DNA from: a virus
Direction: 5' to 3' (one strand)
Virus record (IMG/VR): IMGVR_UViG_3300014039_000016
Span: 136,829-150,460 of that record
Length of the DNA stretch: 13,632 nt
Each line of letters begins with the position of its first letter. Position 1 is the stretch's first letter. Positions 1 through 6,840 of this stretch are shown piece by piece. A program made the position numbers and the translations under genes. The notes below the pieces were generated by a model. That model was given only the letters and a program-made list of their open reading frames with translations, was not told the origin of the DNA and ran no database searches.

Positions 1-20
1 AGGAATACTTCAAATGCCAC

Positions 21-62
21 CATTGGGTTCACTACAGCGAACCGGCAAGAATCGAACTTGCC
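21..62 (-). other. tRNA-like fragment. A canonical T-arm-like hairpin (GGCAAG TTCGATT CTTGCC on the minus strand) followed by a second hairpin (GGTTC..GAACC). No complete cloverleaf could be folded.
   Basis: On the minus strand the 7-nt loop TTCGATT matches the tRNA T-loop consensus and is flanked by a 6-bp stem. The region is GC-rich relative to its surroundings, like the two tRNAs next to it. I could not find a D-arm, an anticodon arm or a matching 5' acceptor strand. It may be a tRNA remnant, an att-core-like fragment, or continue beyond the window edge. Confidence 0.25.
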
Positions 63-184
63 ACATTCTTCATTCATACCTCTACCGAACACTGAAATCT
101 CTTCGGATATGAACATTGACAGTTTTAACAAGGTAACTGACAACTGACTGTTCGGTTTTGTTTACCCAGTTCCGCGACTGGGAG

Positions 185-255
185 CTCCTCCCCTGGGAAT
201 CGGACCCAGATTCTTCGCTTAACAGGCGAGCATCCTACCTTTGAATGAGAGAGGA
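185..255 (-). tRNA. tRNA-Asn, anticodon GTT, 71 nt, no encoded CCA
   Basis: The manual fold on the minus strand works. Acceptor TCCTCTC pairs with GGGAGGA (6 Watson-Crick pairs plus 1 GU). D-arm is ATTC/AAAGGTA/GGAT. Anticodon arm is CTCGC/CTGTTAA/GCGAA with anticodon GTT and one mismatch at the 27-43 pair. Variable loop is 4 nt. T-arm is CTGGG/TCCGATT/CCCAG. Discriminator is G, as expected for Asn. The T-loop has C rather than U at position 55, which is unusual. The island is GC-rich and sits immediately downstream of promoter 283-311. Confidence 0.6.
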
Positions 256-282
256 AAAATATTTTTTTTATCTTATATAAAT

Positions 283-311
283 ATTATAACATAAATTTTT
301 ATAAAAATCAA
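283..311 (-). promoter_or_regulatory. sigma-A-type promoter, family A. -35 TTGATT, 17-nt spacer, extended -10 TGtTATAAT. Drives tRNA-Asn.
   Basis: Minus strand reads TTGATTTTTATAAAAATTTATGTTATAAT, with an exact 17-nt spacer. The sequence is nearly identical to the other family members. Confidence 0.7.
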
Positions 312-329
312 ATTACTGTTATACGACCA

Positions 330-470
330 TAAGTAATTTGGTAGTTTTAACTAGATTTCGCTAGTAGGAGATTTTGTTCTCTTGGGTAAACCGCAGCCTT
401 AGTCGCTCTCCGTTAACCTCACCCTGCATACCTTCTTTTTTATAGAGGAGAAGCATGGGTAGTAACTTAC
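330..470 (-). ncRNA. Unassigned GC-rich element driven by promoter 490-518. Candidate structured RNA, possibly a non-canonical tRNA, or alternatively a 31-aa micro-ORF.
   Basis: The promoter points into this segment. Its GC content of about 50% stands out against a roughly 28% background, exactly as the two tRNA islands do. It contains local stems such as GGGTGAG/TTTACCC and GCAG/CTGC. No T-loop motif was found and no ORF above about 31 codons. Confidence 0.25.
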
Positions 471-489
471 CTCTTTTCTTTATATAAAT

Positions 490-518
490 ATTATATCATA
501 TTTTTTTATATTTTTCAA
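490..518 (-). promoter_or_regulatory. sigma-A-type promoter, family A. -35 TTGAAA, 17-nt spacer, -10 TGaTATAAT.
   Basis: Minus strand reads TTGAAAAATATAAAAAAATATGATATAAT. Confidence 0.65.
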
Positions 519-590
519 GTTTGTATTTTATATAAAAAATATTTTATAATACTTAAATCACTTTGTCCAAAAATTTTTAAAATTCTTAAA

Positions 591-664
591 TGGACCTTCT
601 GGGACTCGAACCCAGGACCATTCGCTTATGAGACGAGCGCTCTAACCAGCTGAGCTAAAGGACC
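591..664 (-). tRNA. tRNA with anticodon CAT (elongator Met or lysidine-type Ile2), 74 nt, no encoded CCA
   Basis: Minus strand reads GGTCCTT TA GCTC AGCTGGTTA GAGC G CTCGT CTCATAA GCGAA TGGTC CTGGG TTCGAGT CCCAG AAGGTCC A. The D-arm (TAGCTCAGCTGGTTAGAGC) and T-arm (TTCGAGT loop) are canonical. The anticodon loop is CTCATAA. G1-C72 are paired, so this is not an initiator. There is one T-T mismatch in the acceptor stem and one mismatch at the base of the anticodon stem. It is preceded by promoter 761-789 with a leader of about 85 nt. Confidence 0.75.
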
Positions 665-760
665 AAAACACAAGACACAGTTATCCACAAATATCTATTT
701 TAACAGAATAGGCTTATGAGCTAAATAAGTTGCTGTCTGTATCTTATTTATTATATAAAT

Positions 761-789
761 ATTATAACATATTTTTTTATAAAAATCAA
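761..789 (-). promoter_or_regulatory. sigma-A-type promoter, family A. -35 TTGATT, 17-nt spacer, -10 TGtTATAAT. Drives tRNA-CAT.
   Basis: Minus strand reads TTGATTTTTATAAAAAAATATGTTATAAT. It abuts the stop codon of CDS 790-1446. Confidence 0.7.
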
Positions 790-1446
790 TTAAATATCAA
801 AGTAATTAATTGATGAAATACCCAAGAGTTCATAATTAATATATGAAACAGAAGTATTCCAATTATCGTAAACTCTTAAAAATCTTAAATCTTTCTGTTT
901 TCCTGTCTTATTATTCTTAACTTTAAAAGTCTCTACTCCTACTACCAAAACAGAGTGGTCTTTATAATAATTTCGTCCATCTGTAAGAAGATTTAAAATC
1001 ATTGGATATTGCATATTCTTAATATAGCTTTTAATCTTTTCAAAATTAAAACCTATAACTGGAAAACCTTTTAAAAATTTACTCTTAGCCTTATACTTTG
1101 TATTTGGTATAAACTTATCTAAAGACCTTTGTAATAACGCAGATATTACAAGAGGATTAGTACCTTTTAATTCCCCATTATAACTGCAATACTTTTCCGC
1201 AATCTCCTCGATTATTGAATAAAGTCCTTCAGTAGAAAGATGTTTTATCTGCGCAACTTCTTTAATTAAGGCTGTTGCACTAACAAGAGTACAATCATTC
1301 TTCTTACCATAGTCATTTTGGTCTAGTGCGGGAATTAGTTTTCTTCTGTTTAAATCTACTTTCTCTCGAGATATAACAGTATAACCAAGACTTGTTACAT
1401 ATCTCATTATATTATATTCATGCAAACGCATACCATTATACATCAA
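790..1446 (-). CDS. Hypothetical protein, 218 aa. Possible papain-like (C39/CHAP-like) cysteine-peptidase fold.
   Basis: ORF with an AGAGGTG ribosome-binding site 7 nt upstream of the ATG. It is the last gene of a three-gene operon. A Cys sits in NDCTLVSATAL and about 110 residues later a His sits in DHSVLVVG, an arrangement reminiscent of Cys-His papain-like peptidases. This is a weak, unverified motif call. Confidence 0.55.
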   Translation of the reverse strand: MMYNGMRLHEYNIMRYVTSLGYTVISREKVDLNRRKLIPALDQNDYGKKNDCTLVSATALIKEVAQIKHLSTEGLYSIIEEIAEKYCSYNGELKGTNPLVISALLQRSLDKFIPNTKYKAKSKFLKGFPVIGFNFEKIKSYIKNMQYPMILNLLTDGRNYYKDHSVLVVGVETFKVKNNKTGKQKDLRFLRVYDNWNTSVSYINYELLGISSINYFDI

Positions 1447-1455
1447 ACAACACCT

Positions 1456-1740
1456 CTATATCTGAAAATTTACCGCTCTTGATTTCGCGTTCATCCAGTT
1501 CTTATATTTCCTCATTGCTGTTAAAGACTTCCAACCCCATGAAACAAAAGAACCATCTTCTTTAATTGTTACGACATCTGGCTTAAAATCCTTTATCAAC
1601 ATTCTCAGAAAATCATCGACTGATATATTAAGTACTCGCGCGGGAATTACCCATTTTTCCACATTGGTAGGAAAACTACTAGTATGCTCACAATACCAAA
1701 CACCACTTGCACCTTGCCATTCTTCCAAACGATATAACAT
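1456..1740 (-). CDS. Hypothetical protein, 94 aa
   Basis: ORF with an AAGGAGGTG ribosome-binding site directly upstream. Co-oriented and closely spaced with its neighbours. Confidence 0.6.
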   Translation of the reverse strand: MLYRLEEWQGASGVWYCEHTSSFPTNVEKWVIPARVLNISVDDFLRMLIKDFKPDVVTIKEDGSFVSWGWKSLTAMRKYKNWMNAKSRAVNFQI

Positions 1741-1762
1741 TCCCGCACCTCCTTAAATTAAA

Positions 1763-2080
1763 CTAAAAATCTAAATGTAACTCCGCAGCAAGCTTCTTAA
1801 CCGCTTCCTTCTCTGCCTCTGTTGCCTGAATCTTCTGTTCTCCAACTGTTGGGAAAGCTGAAGTCTGAACTCCTGATATATTGACTGTCGCACCTGGAAT
1901 AGCTGTATCTTCTCCTGGCTCAACATTAGTCTTTGCACAAGTTAAAGTTACTTTAATCTGTACCTCAGAACCATCTTCAATCAAAGGAATCCTTATCTCC
2001 TTACCATATCTAAAAGAATTATCGAAAGTTGATAACAACTTCTCTTCAATATATGTCTTGCTACTTGCACCTTTAGCCAT
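1763..2080 (-). CDS. Hypothetical protein, 105 aa. First gene of the operon.
   Basis: ORF with an AAGGAGA ribosome-binding site 9 nt upstream of the ATG, immediately downstream of promoter 2114-2142. Confidence 0.65.
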   Translation of the reverse strand: MAKGASSKTYIEEKLLSTFDNSFRYGKEIRIPLIEDGSEVQIKVTLTCAKTNVEPGEDTAIPGATVNISGVQTSAFPTVGEQKIQATEAEKEAVKKLAAELHLDF

Positions 2081-2113
2081 ATCTTTTTATCTCCTTATCT
2101 TTATTACATATAT

Positions 2114-2142
2114 ATTATATCATAAAATTTTATAAAAATCAA
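2114..2142 (-). promoter_or_regulatory. sigma-A-type promoter, family B. -35 TTGATT, 17-nt spacer, -10 TGaTATAAT.
   Basis: Minus strand reads TTGATTTTTATAAAATTTTATGATATAAT, followed by the conserved leader ATATATGTAATAAAGATAAGGAGA. Confidence 0.7.
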
Positions 2143-3135
2143 TTATAAATATGAACGCGTTGACTTCGGATGATGTTTGATTTTACAATTGCCGCAAAGC
2201 ATATATACATGATTCAATCCCTCTATCCAATATCTATCATCGCCCGCCTTAAAGATACGACCACAATAGTAACATTCTGTTACATCTTCCATTTTTAACG
2301 GCTTCGGAACATATGAATCACCTCTATAATTGTTTGGATTAAATTTTGGATATTCCTTTGGGATATACTCATAAGTCTTATGTCTACGAAGCTTCTGATT
2401 ATCCTTTAACATAGTCTTAACTCTTTCAATAGAGTCTGACAAGAAGTTTAAATTAATCCTTTCCATATCCATATGTTCATCAAAGTACCCAACAGAAAGA
2501 TTAACTGCGGCAATGCCCCACACTGGAGCTATTGTACTTATATCTGAAAAAGTTCCTGTCTCAGTTTCCCAACCAAATGAATTTATATATTCCTCAAATA
2601 ATTTATTATCACAGCCATAGAAAACGCAATCCTTCTCTCCTCTTCTATCTAACTGAATAAGATAATCACAATCTTTATTTGGTTCTGGATAATCTTCAAC
2701 AAATGCAGATGCCCCACTTCCGCCATATTCTTCATCATGTGTAAAAATAATAACTGCGGGTAAGAGACCTGCCTGCAAGATGCTAATGATACTATAAACG
2801 CCCGCCCTGTCATCTGCACCCAGTCCGCAAGTTCCTATAATTGTTGACTTATCTTTATCATAAAACATACTTTCTCTTGTTGGTGGTAACTCAAAGACAG
2901 TATCTAAATGTGCTAATAATCCAATATGACTTTTCTTAGGATTGCTTGTCTTAGCATATATATAATTCTCTGTTTCCACTACTTTATACTTATATCCTTT
3001 TAAAAGAACAACAAGTAAATCATGTAGTTCGTACTCCTTTAAACAAAGCAAATCCACAAAAGTTCTCAAATCATCTTTAGCTTCTTTTATTTTTATATAT
3101 TCCTTATATGCCCATTCTAATCTATTCTTTGTCAT
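2143..3135 (-). CDS. Clan MH (M20/M28/M42-like) zinc metallopeptidase/deacylase-like protein with a C-terminal CxxC...CxxC zinc ribbon, 330 aa
   Basis: Motifs appear in the order expected for co-catalytic zinc peptidases: AHLDTV (His-x-Asp metal ligand), GADDRAG (bridging Asp), HDEEYGG (Glu-Glu), then later acidic and His residues. The H-to-D-to-EE spacings of about 33 and 33 residues match M20-type enzymes. The C-terminus carries CYYCGR...CGNCK. The start overlaps the stop of the upstream gene by 14 nt. Confidence 0.6.
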   Translation of the reverse strand: MTKNRLEWAYKEYIKIKEAKDDLRTFVDLLCLKEYELHDLLVVLLKGYKYKVVETENYIYAKTSNPKKSHIGLLAHLDTVFELPPTRESMFYDKDKSTIIGTCGLGADDRAGVYSIISILQAGLLPAVIIFTHDEEYGGSGASAFVEDYPEPNKDCDYLIQLDRRGEKDCVFYGCDNKLFEEYINSFGWETETGTFSDISTIAPVWGIAAVNLSVGYFDEHMDMERINLNFLSDSIERVKTMLKDNQKLRRHKTYEYIPKEYPKFNPNNYRGDSYVPKPLKMEDVTECYYCGRIFKAGDDRYWIEGLNHVYMLCGNCKIKHHPKSTRSYL

Positions 3136-3985
3136 CTATATCCTCTTTTCTTTTCTCTTTATATTCTAATCCTTTTTCTGCAAGTGACCTCGCAACATGT
3201 TCTGCGGCAATGCATATTTGACAACCTGAAGAAGTATATCCGCATCTTTTGTGACAATTTTTTCTAATCTGCCCGAAAGTAGGTATAATTGAAGAATTTA
3301 TTTCTATATTGTCCTCAGGATTGTAACCACTGATAATTAAATTTAGAGGACCTTTCCAGCTCTGTTCCTTATATATTTTATATAAAGTATTCTGTTTATC
3401 TACAGGACCAAAAAACTCCATAACATCAACACAATCTTCATAATATTTTACATCTTCTGGTCTAATAAAAAACTTAGTAATTGATTTAATGCCATCTGCT
3501 CGACTAACGCTGCTCTGTGCTACATTAGGAAACACTCTGATTTTAACCTTATTCTTGCAGATATCATATTTAATGTCAGATAGGAAAAAAGCAAGTTCAT
3601 CTGTTATATATACATCTGTAACGCCTTCAGATATATACTGATTTAGTGCATCTATTGTATTTACCTTTTCACAATAAAAGAAAGGAAGCTTATTTTCTTC
3701 TACTCTTCTCATACATTCAACTGTTCTTGATATCATAAAAGTTATATTAGGATGTATTTCATAGCACATTTTAAAAACATTAATTGTTTGTTTAAGTTCT
3801 ATAGTAATCATATGTGTAACATCCACCACAATTCTCAAATCTTGTCTTTTACTTTTTACAAAATCAATAAGCGCAGATGCGTACTTTGTAAGTATTGGAT
3901 ATTTATTAAAATCATATTTAATAATAATTTCCTGTATTTCATCTTCATATGCAAAACCTTTAAACCAATTTATAGCATAGTTCAT
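3122..3985 (-). CDS. Hypothetical protein, 287 aa, with a C-terminal Cys cluster (C-x3-C-x6-C-x2-C...H)
   Basis: ORF with an AAAGGAGA ribosome-binding site 9 nt upstream. Its end overlaps the start of the downstream gene. The C-terminal CHKRCGYTSSGCQIC cluster suggests metal binding. I recognise no fold. Confidence 0.6.
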   Translation of the reverse strand: MNYAINWFKGFAYEDEIQEIIIKYDFNKYPILTKYASALIDFVKSKRQDLRIVVDVTHMITIELKQTINVFKMCYEIHPNITFMISRTVECMRRVEENKLPFFYCEKVNTIDALNQYISEGVTDVYITDELAFFLSDIKYDICKNKVKIRVFPNVAQSSVSRADGIKSITKFFIRPEDVKYYEDCVDVMEFFGPVDKQNTLYKIYKEQSWKGPLNLIISGYNPEDNIEINSSIIPTFGQIRKNCHKRCGYTSSGCQICIAAEHVARSLAEKGLEYKEKRKEDIDDKE

Positions 3986-4012
3986 TTATCACATCTCCTT
4001 TAAGCTAAAATA

Positions 4013-4040
4013 GGGAAGAAAACATTTCTGCTTCCTTCCC
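4013..4040 (-). terminator. Weak hairpin plus T-tract between CDS 4060-4485 and CDS 3122-3985. Possible attenuator or partial terminator.
   Basis: GGGAAG(GAAG) pairs with CTTCC(C) in a hairpin, followed on the minus strand by TATTTTA. No promoter copy lies downstream, so read-through into gene 3122-3985 is expected. Confidence 0.3.
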
Positions 4041-4059
4041 TCAGAACTGAAATATTATA

Positions 4060-4485
4060 TTACTCTGCGTCAGTCTCTTCAGATACACCAGCCGCGAGTG
4101 CATATCCCATAACTCTACGAGTATCACGCTTTACCTGCTCCTTACGAGCTTCACCTATCTGAACTAGCTGTGAAAGTCTAGCACCAACCTTAGCCACTGT
4201 AAGCTCACCAGTTTCATCTGTAATCTGCTCAAAAATCTCATCTCTTGTCTGAAGCTCTTCTGTTAAAACCTTTTTAACAACCTCTCTAAGAGCATCTCCC
4301 TCAGCCGCCTTTTCTGCTGCCTTCTCCTTAGCTCTTTCCTTCTTAGCCTCAAGCTGCGCAACTGTACTATCAACATAATTAATCACATCAGAATCCTGAA
4401 CATCACCATCAAAAACCATATTTCCAATATTAGCCTTAATTGTTTCAAGAATCATTGCCTTTGTAATTTTAACTGTCTCTGCCAT
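4060..4485 (-). CDS. Hypothetical Ala/Glu/Lys-rich protein, about 141 aa
   Basis: ORF directly downstream of promoter 4530-4558. The AAGGAGAT ribosome-binding site favours the second ATG (MAETVK...). Local GC content of about 45% is noticeably above the rest of the window. The sequence is probably coiled-coil, for example AQLEAKKERAKEKAAEKAAEG. Confidence 0.6.
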   Translation of the reverse strand: MAETVKITKAMILETIKANIGNMVFDGDVQDSDVINYVDSTVAQLEAKKERAKEKAAEKAAEGDALREVVKKVLTEELQTRDEIFEQITDETGELTVAKVGARLSQLVQIGEARKEQVKRDTRRVMGYALAAGVSEETDAE

Positions 4486-4529
4486 AATCATTATCTCCTT
4501 TTTCTTATCTTTATCTTTATTACATATAT

Positions 4530-4558
4530 ATTATATCATAAAATTTTTAAGAAATCAA
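4530..4558 (-). promoter_or_regulatory. sigma-A-type promoter, family B. -35 TTGATT, 17-nt spacer, -10 TGaTATAAT.
   Basis: Minus strand reads TTGATTTCTTAAAAATTTTATGATATAAT, followed by the leader ATATATGTAATAAAGATAAAG. Confidence 0.7.
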
Positions 4559-4574
4559 TTATTCTTAAAAGTTC

Positions 4575-4617
4575 TATATATGTAAGAAAGAAGCTTTCTA
4601 TCTTTCTTACATATATA
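4575..4617 (-). terminator. 17-bp perfect inverted repeat with a 9-nt loop. Probable intrinsic terminator for the upstream operon, or an operator site.
   Basis: TATATATGTAAGAAAGA, then AGCTTTCTA, then TCTTTCTTACATATATA. On the minus strand it is followed by GAACTTTT. It sits between two tandem promoter copies, and its right arm overlaps the -10 and +1 of promoter 4617-4645. Confidence 0.45.
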
Positions 4618-4645
4618 TTATACCATAAAATTTTCTAAACTTCAA
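4617..4645 (-). promoter_or_regulatory. sigma-A-type promoter, family B copy. -35 TTGAAG, 17-nt spacer, -10 TGgTATAAT. It is embedded in the 3' end of CDS 4635-6626 and fires into the palindrome.
   Basis: Minus strand reads TTGAAGTTTAGAAAATTTTATGGTATAAT. The -35 lies within the last three codons of the 663-aa gene. Confidence 0.55.
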
Positions 4646-6626
4646 ATTTTTTAAGATTACTAAAGAAATATTTTTCAACTTCTTTTTCATCTACCTTCCC
4701 ATTATTAATAAAGGTCATTGAAGTTAATCTTGATTCATTAAATATACTACTAAGATAGTAGTAACTGTAAACATAACAATCTCTAATAAGCATCTCTTTT
4801 TTATGGTCTCTAAAATATCGTAAACATGCAGGACACATATAAAGAGGTTCTGCATTTCTGCCCTCTGGTAATAAACGAGTCTCATTAAATTCTGCTGCTT
4901 TAGGCGAAGTTCCTGCAGTGTTAGGCTTTAAATTTTCATAACAATATTTCAAATCCTTAAAACGATTCTCATATTCATAACTAATCTTGTTTTCATCTCT
5001 CCAAAAACCACAATTATACGCTTTTTGGTCAGCTTCTTTTTCTGTAAGCATATATTTCTTAACATCATCATCTTTTAAATAAAAAGCAGCAATATTCGAC
5101 TCTCTTTCTATAGGAGTTTCTCCTAAGAGAAAAGGCTTTCCGCAGCAAGGGCATATATAATAACCTTTAATGCAATTTCTACATCTCGTAACAGTGACAT
5201 CATCATTATAATCTTCATCCCATGAAGAATAATCAGAAATATCAAAAGTGAAAAGATTCTCAGGACCTACAAAATCTCCGCAATGTTCACATTTCTTAGT
5301 ATTGGAACATTCTTTACAGATTAAATCTTCCGTATTTTTATATCTATCATTCCAATCTGGCTCATCATAATCATCATGGTCAGTATCAAACTCAAGTAAT
5401 GGTTTTCCGCAACTAATACAGATAACAGGTCCTGATATATTAATCTTTCTAGTATGATGAATTGGATTGCGGACGCACCAATAACCATAATAGTTATCAT
5501 TACACATATCATTATACATAGCATTATTAGTAAAGTAAATCTTCTTTGGGATAAAGTTATTCCTATCCTTGCTATTCTCCAAATCTCTATCAATTATATA
5601 ATCATCAAGAGAATTAACATTAAGCATATCCTTATATGGCTCAATACCAAACTTATAAGTCCAACCAAGATTCTTTTCCGCCAATTCTCGGATAACTTCA
5701 ATTAACTTCTTGCTAAAAGTATCATTCTTATAAGGGTAAGACTTACCTGATACAACGATATCCTTATTAACAAAAAGTAAACTTCTCCATTTTTTATCAT
5801 TCCAAAAAGGATTGTCTTTAGCATCTGAATTATCAGATTCCAATCCCATCATTCTACTATTGCTTTCCAGATAACAACAGAGTGCATTATTAGAGTTCAT
5901 CATTTCATATGAACCAACCCTGTAACATCCGCTACGCTTCCACGACATGCAAGAAGACCAATCACTATTGTTATCACTCATAGTCATAAAGTCTAATGGG
6001 TGAATTGAAAAACAAAGATTACCCGCAAGTTCTTTCTCATTTAAAATGAGAGAAATCTTAATACGGACTTTCTCAAAGAAATCTATAATTTCCTTATCTG
6101 CGTTGCAATACTTTAATATTTTTCCAACAGCTCTGAATACTTTTGTCCCTGAAGGAATTTTTCTTTCCTTTAAAGACCCAGTATCATCAACTGGGCGCAG
6201 AAAAATATCATAATTCGTTAAATTATTAATTAATGCACGCTTTTCAAAGATATGGTCAAAAAGCGGCGGTATCCAATATCCGGCTTCATCAATACAGTGT
6301 CTTAAAGTGCTTAAAGCATCAACAGAATCCAAATAAACACTACATTCCTTTGCGATATCGTTTTCTGGTTTTTCATAATTAAATGGAATCTTGTAAATCA
6401 TCTGATTTCCAAGTAACTTATATAGAGTATTCTTACAAATACTCCACTTCTCAAGGAATTCTTTTAAAGGAATATACATTCCCTTATCTACTGGTGCGGC
6501 AATATAATCATTTATTTCATCAGACCAATGATTAATGCCATGAATACCCCATCTATAATAATACTCCGAAATCTTCTGAATATCTTCCTCCGTTAATTTT
6601 TCATATAAATCTATTCTTTCTTTCAT
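4635..6626 (-). CDS. Large hypothetical protein, 663 aa, with a multi-CxxC (zinc-ribbon-rich) C-terminal half
   Basis: Long uninterrupted ORF. Its start is coupled to the upstream gene (TAA-T-ATG) with an AAGGAG ribosome-binding site 11 nt upstream. It contains at least eight CxxC or CxC pairs, for example CISCGKP, CKECSNTKKCEHCG, CRNCIKGYYICPCCGKP and CPACLRY. I recognise no catalytic motif. Confidence 0.75.
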   Translation of the reverse strand: MKERIDLYEKLTEEDIQKISEYYYRWGIHGINHWSDEINDYIAAPVDKGMYIPLKEFLEKWSICKNTLYKLLGNQMIYKIPFNYEKPENDIAKECSVYLDSVDALSTLRHCIDEAGYWIPPLFDHIFEKRALINNLTNYDIFLRPVDDTGSLKERKIPSGTKVFRAVGKILKYCNADKEIIDFFEKVRIKISLILNEKELAGNLCFSIHPLDFMTMSDNNSDWSSCMSWKRSGCYRVGSYEMMNSNNALCCYLESNSRMMGLESDNSDAKDNPFWNDKKWRSLLFVNKDIVVSGKSYPYKNDTFSKKLIEVIRELAEKNLGWTYKFGIEPYKDMLNVNSLDDYIIDRDLENSKDRNNFIPKKIYFTNNAMYNDMCNDNYYGYWCVRNPIHHTRKINISGPVICISCGKPLLEFDTDHDDYDEPDWNDRYKNTEDLICKECSNTKKCEHCGDFVGPENLFTFDISDYSSWDEDYNDDVTVTRCRNCIKGYYICPCCGKPFLLGETPIERESNIAAFYLKDDDVKKYMLTEKEADQKAYNCGFWRDENKISYEYENRFKDLKYCYENLKPNTAGTSPKAAEFNETRLLPEGRNAEPLYMCPACLRYFRDHKKEMLIRDCYVYSYYYLSSIFNESRLTSMTFINNGKVDEKEVEKYFFSNLKKFEV

Positions 6627-6627
6627 A

Positions 6628-6840
6628 TTACATATAACTCCTTATTAAATTAACGACTCTGACTTTATCGTCCTCCATTAAATCAATATAAGCCTGATTA
6701 TCTACTATCTCCCCAATTAAAAGCTGCGGGTCCCGCCCTGCTTCTAGTGCCTGCTTACATTGACGCATTATTTCATTTGCATCATCATCGCTCTGCATAA
6801 TCATATAATCAAAGGCATCTCCCATTCCGAACATACTCAT
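6628..6840 (-). CDS. Small acidic protein, 70 aa, net charge about -8
   Basis: ORF coupled to the upstream gene through an ATGA overlap, with an AAGGAG ribosome-binding site. Asp/Glu-rich. Confidence 0.55.
   Translation of the reverse strand: MSMFGMGDAFDYMIMQSDDDANEIMRQCKQALEAGRDPQLLIGEIVDNQAYIDLMEDDKVRVVNLIRSYM

Noticed and set aside
21-130. Complete third tRNA downstream of tRNA-Asn
   Set aside because: The T-arm-like hairpin is convincing. However, no D-arm or anticodon stem-loop and no 5' acceptor strand complementary to CGGTTCG could be found within 45-55 nt, at any register. It is kept only as a tRNA-like fragment.
330-470. 31-codon ORF (MLLLYKKEGMQGEVNGERLRLRFTQENKISY) as a protein gene
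   Set aside because: The ribosome-binding site spacing of 12 nt is poor. The composition is GC-rich, like the neighbouring RNA genes rather than the AT-rich CDSs. It is more likely incidental to a structured RNA, but it is not excluded.
1881-2135. Track ORF 1881-2135 (+)
   Set aside because: It is antisense to CDS 1763-2080 and runs into the promoter. It has no ribosome-binding site.
3752-4003. Track ORF 3752-4003 (+)
   Set aside because: It is antisense to CDS 3122-3985. Its translation is Phe/Ile/Asn-rich, AT-driven and low-complexity.
5321-5705. Track ORFs 5321-5593 (-) and 5454-5705 (+) inside the 663-aa gene
   Set aside because: Both lie entirely within the much longer, well-supported ORF in another frame or strand. 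Both have low-complexity I/L/M-rich translations typical of AT-rich noise. Neither has a ribosome-binding site.
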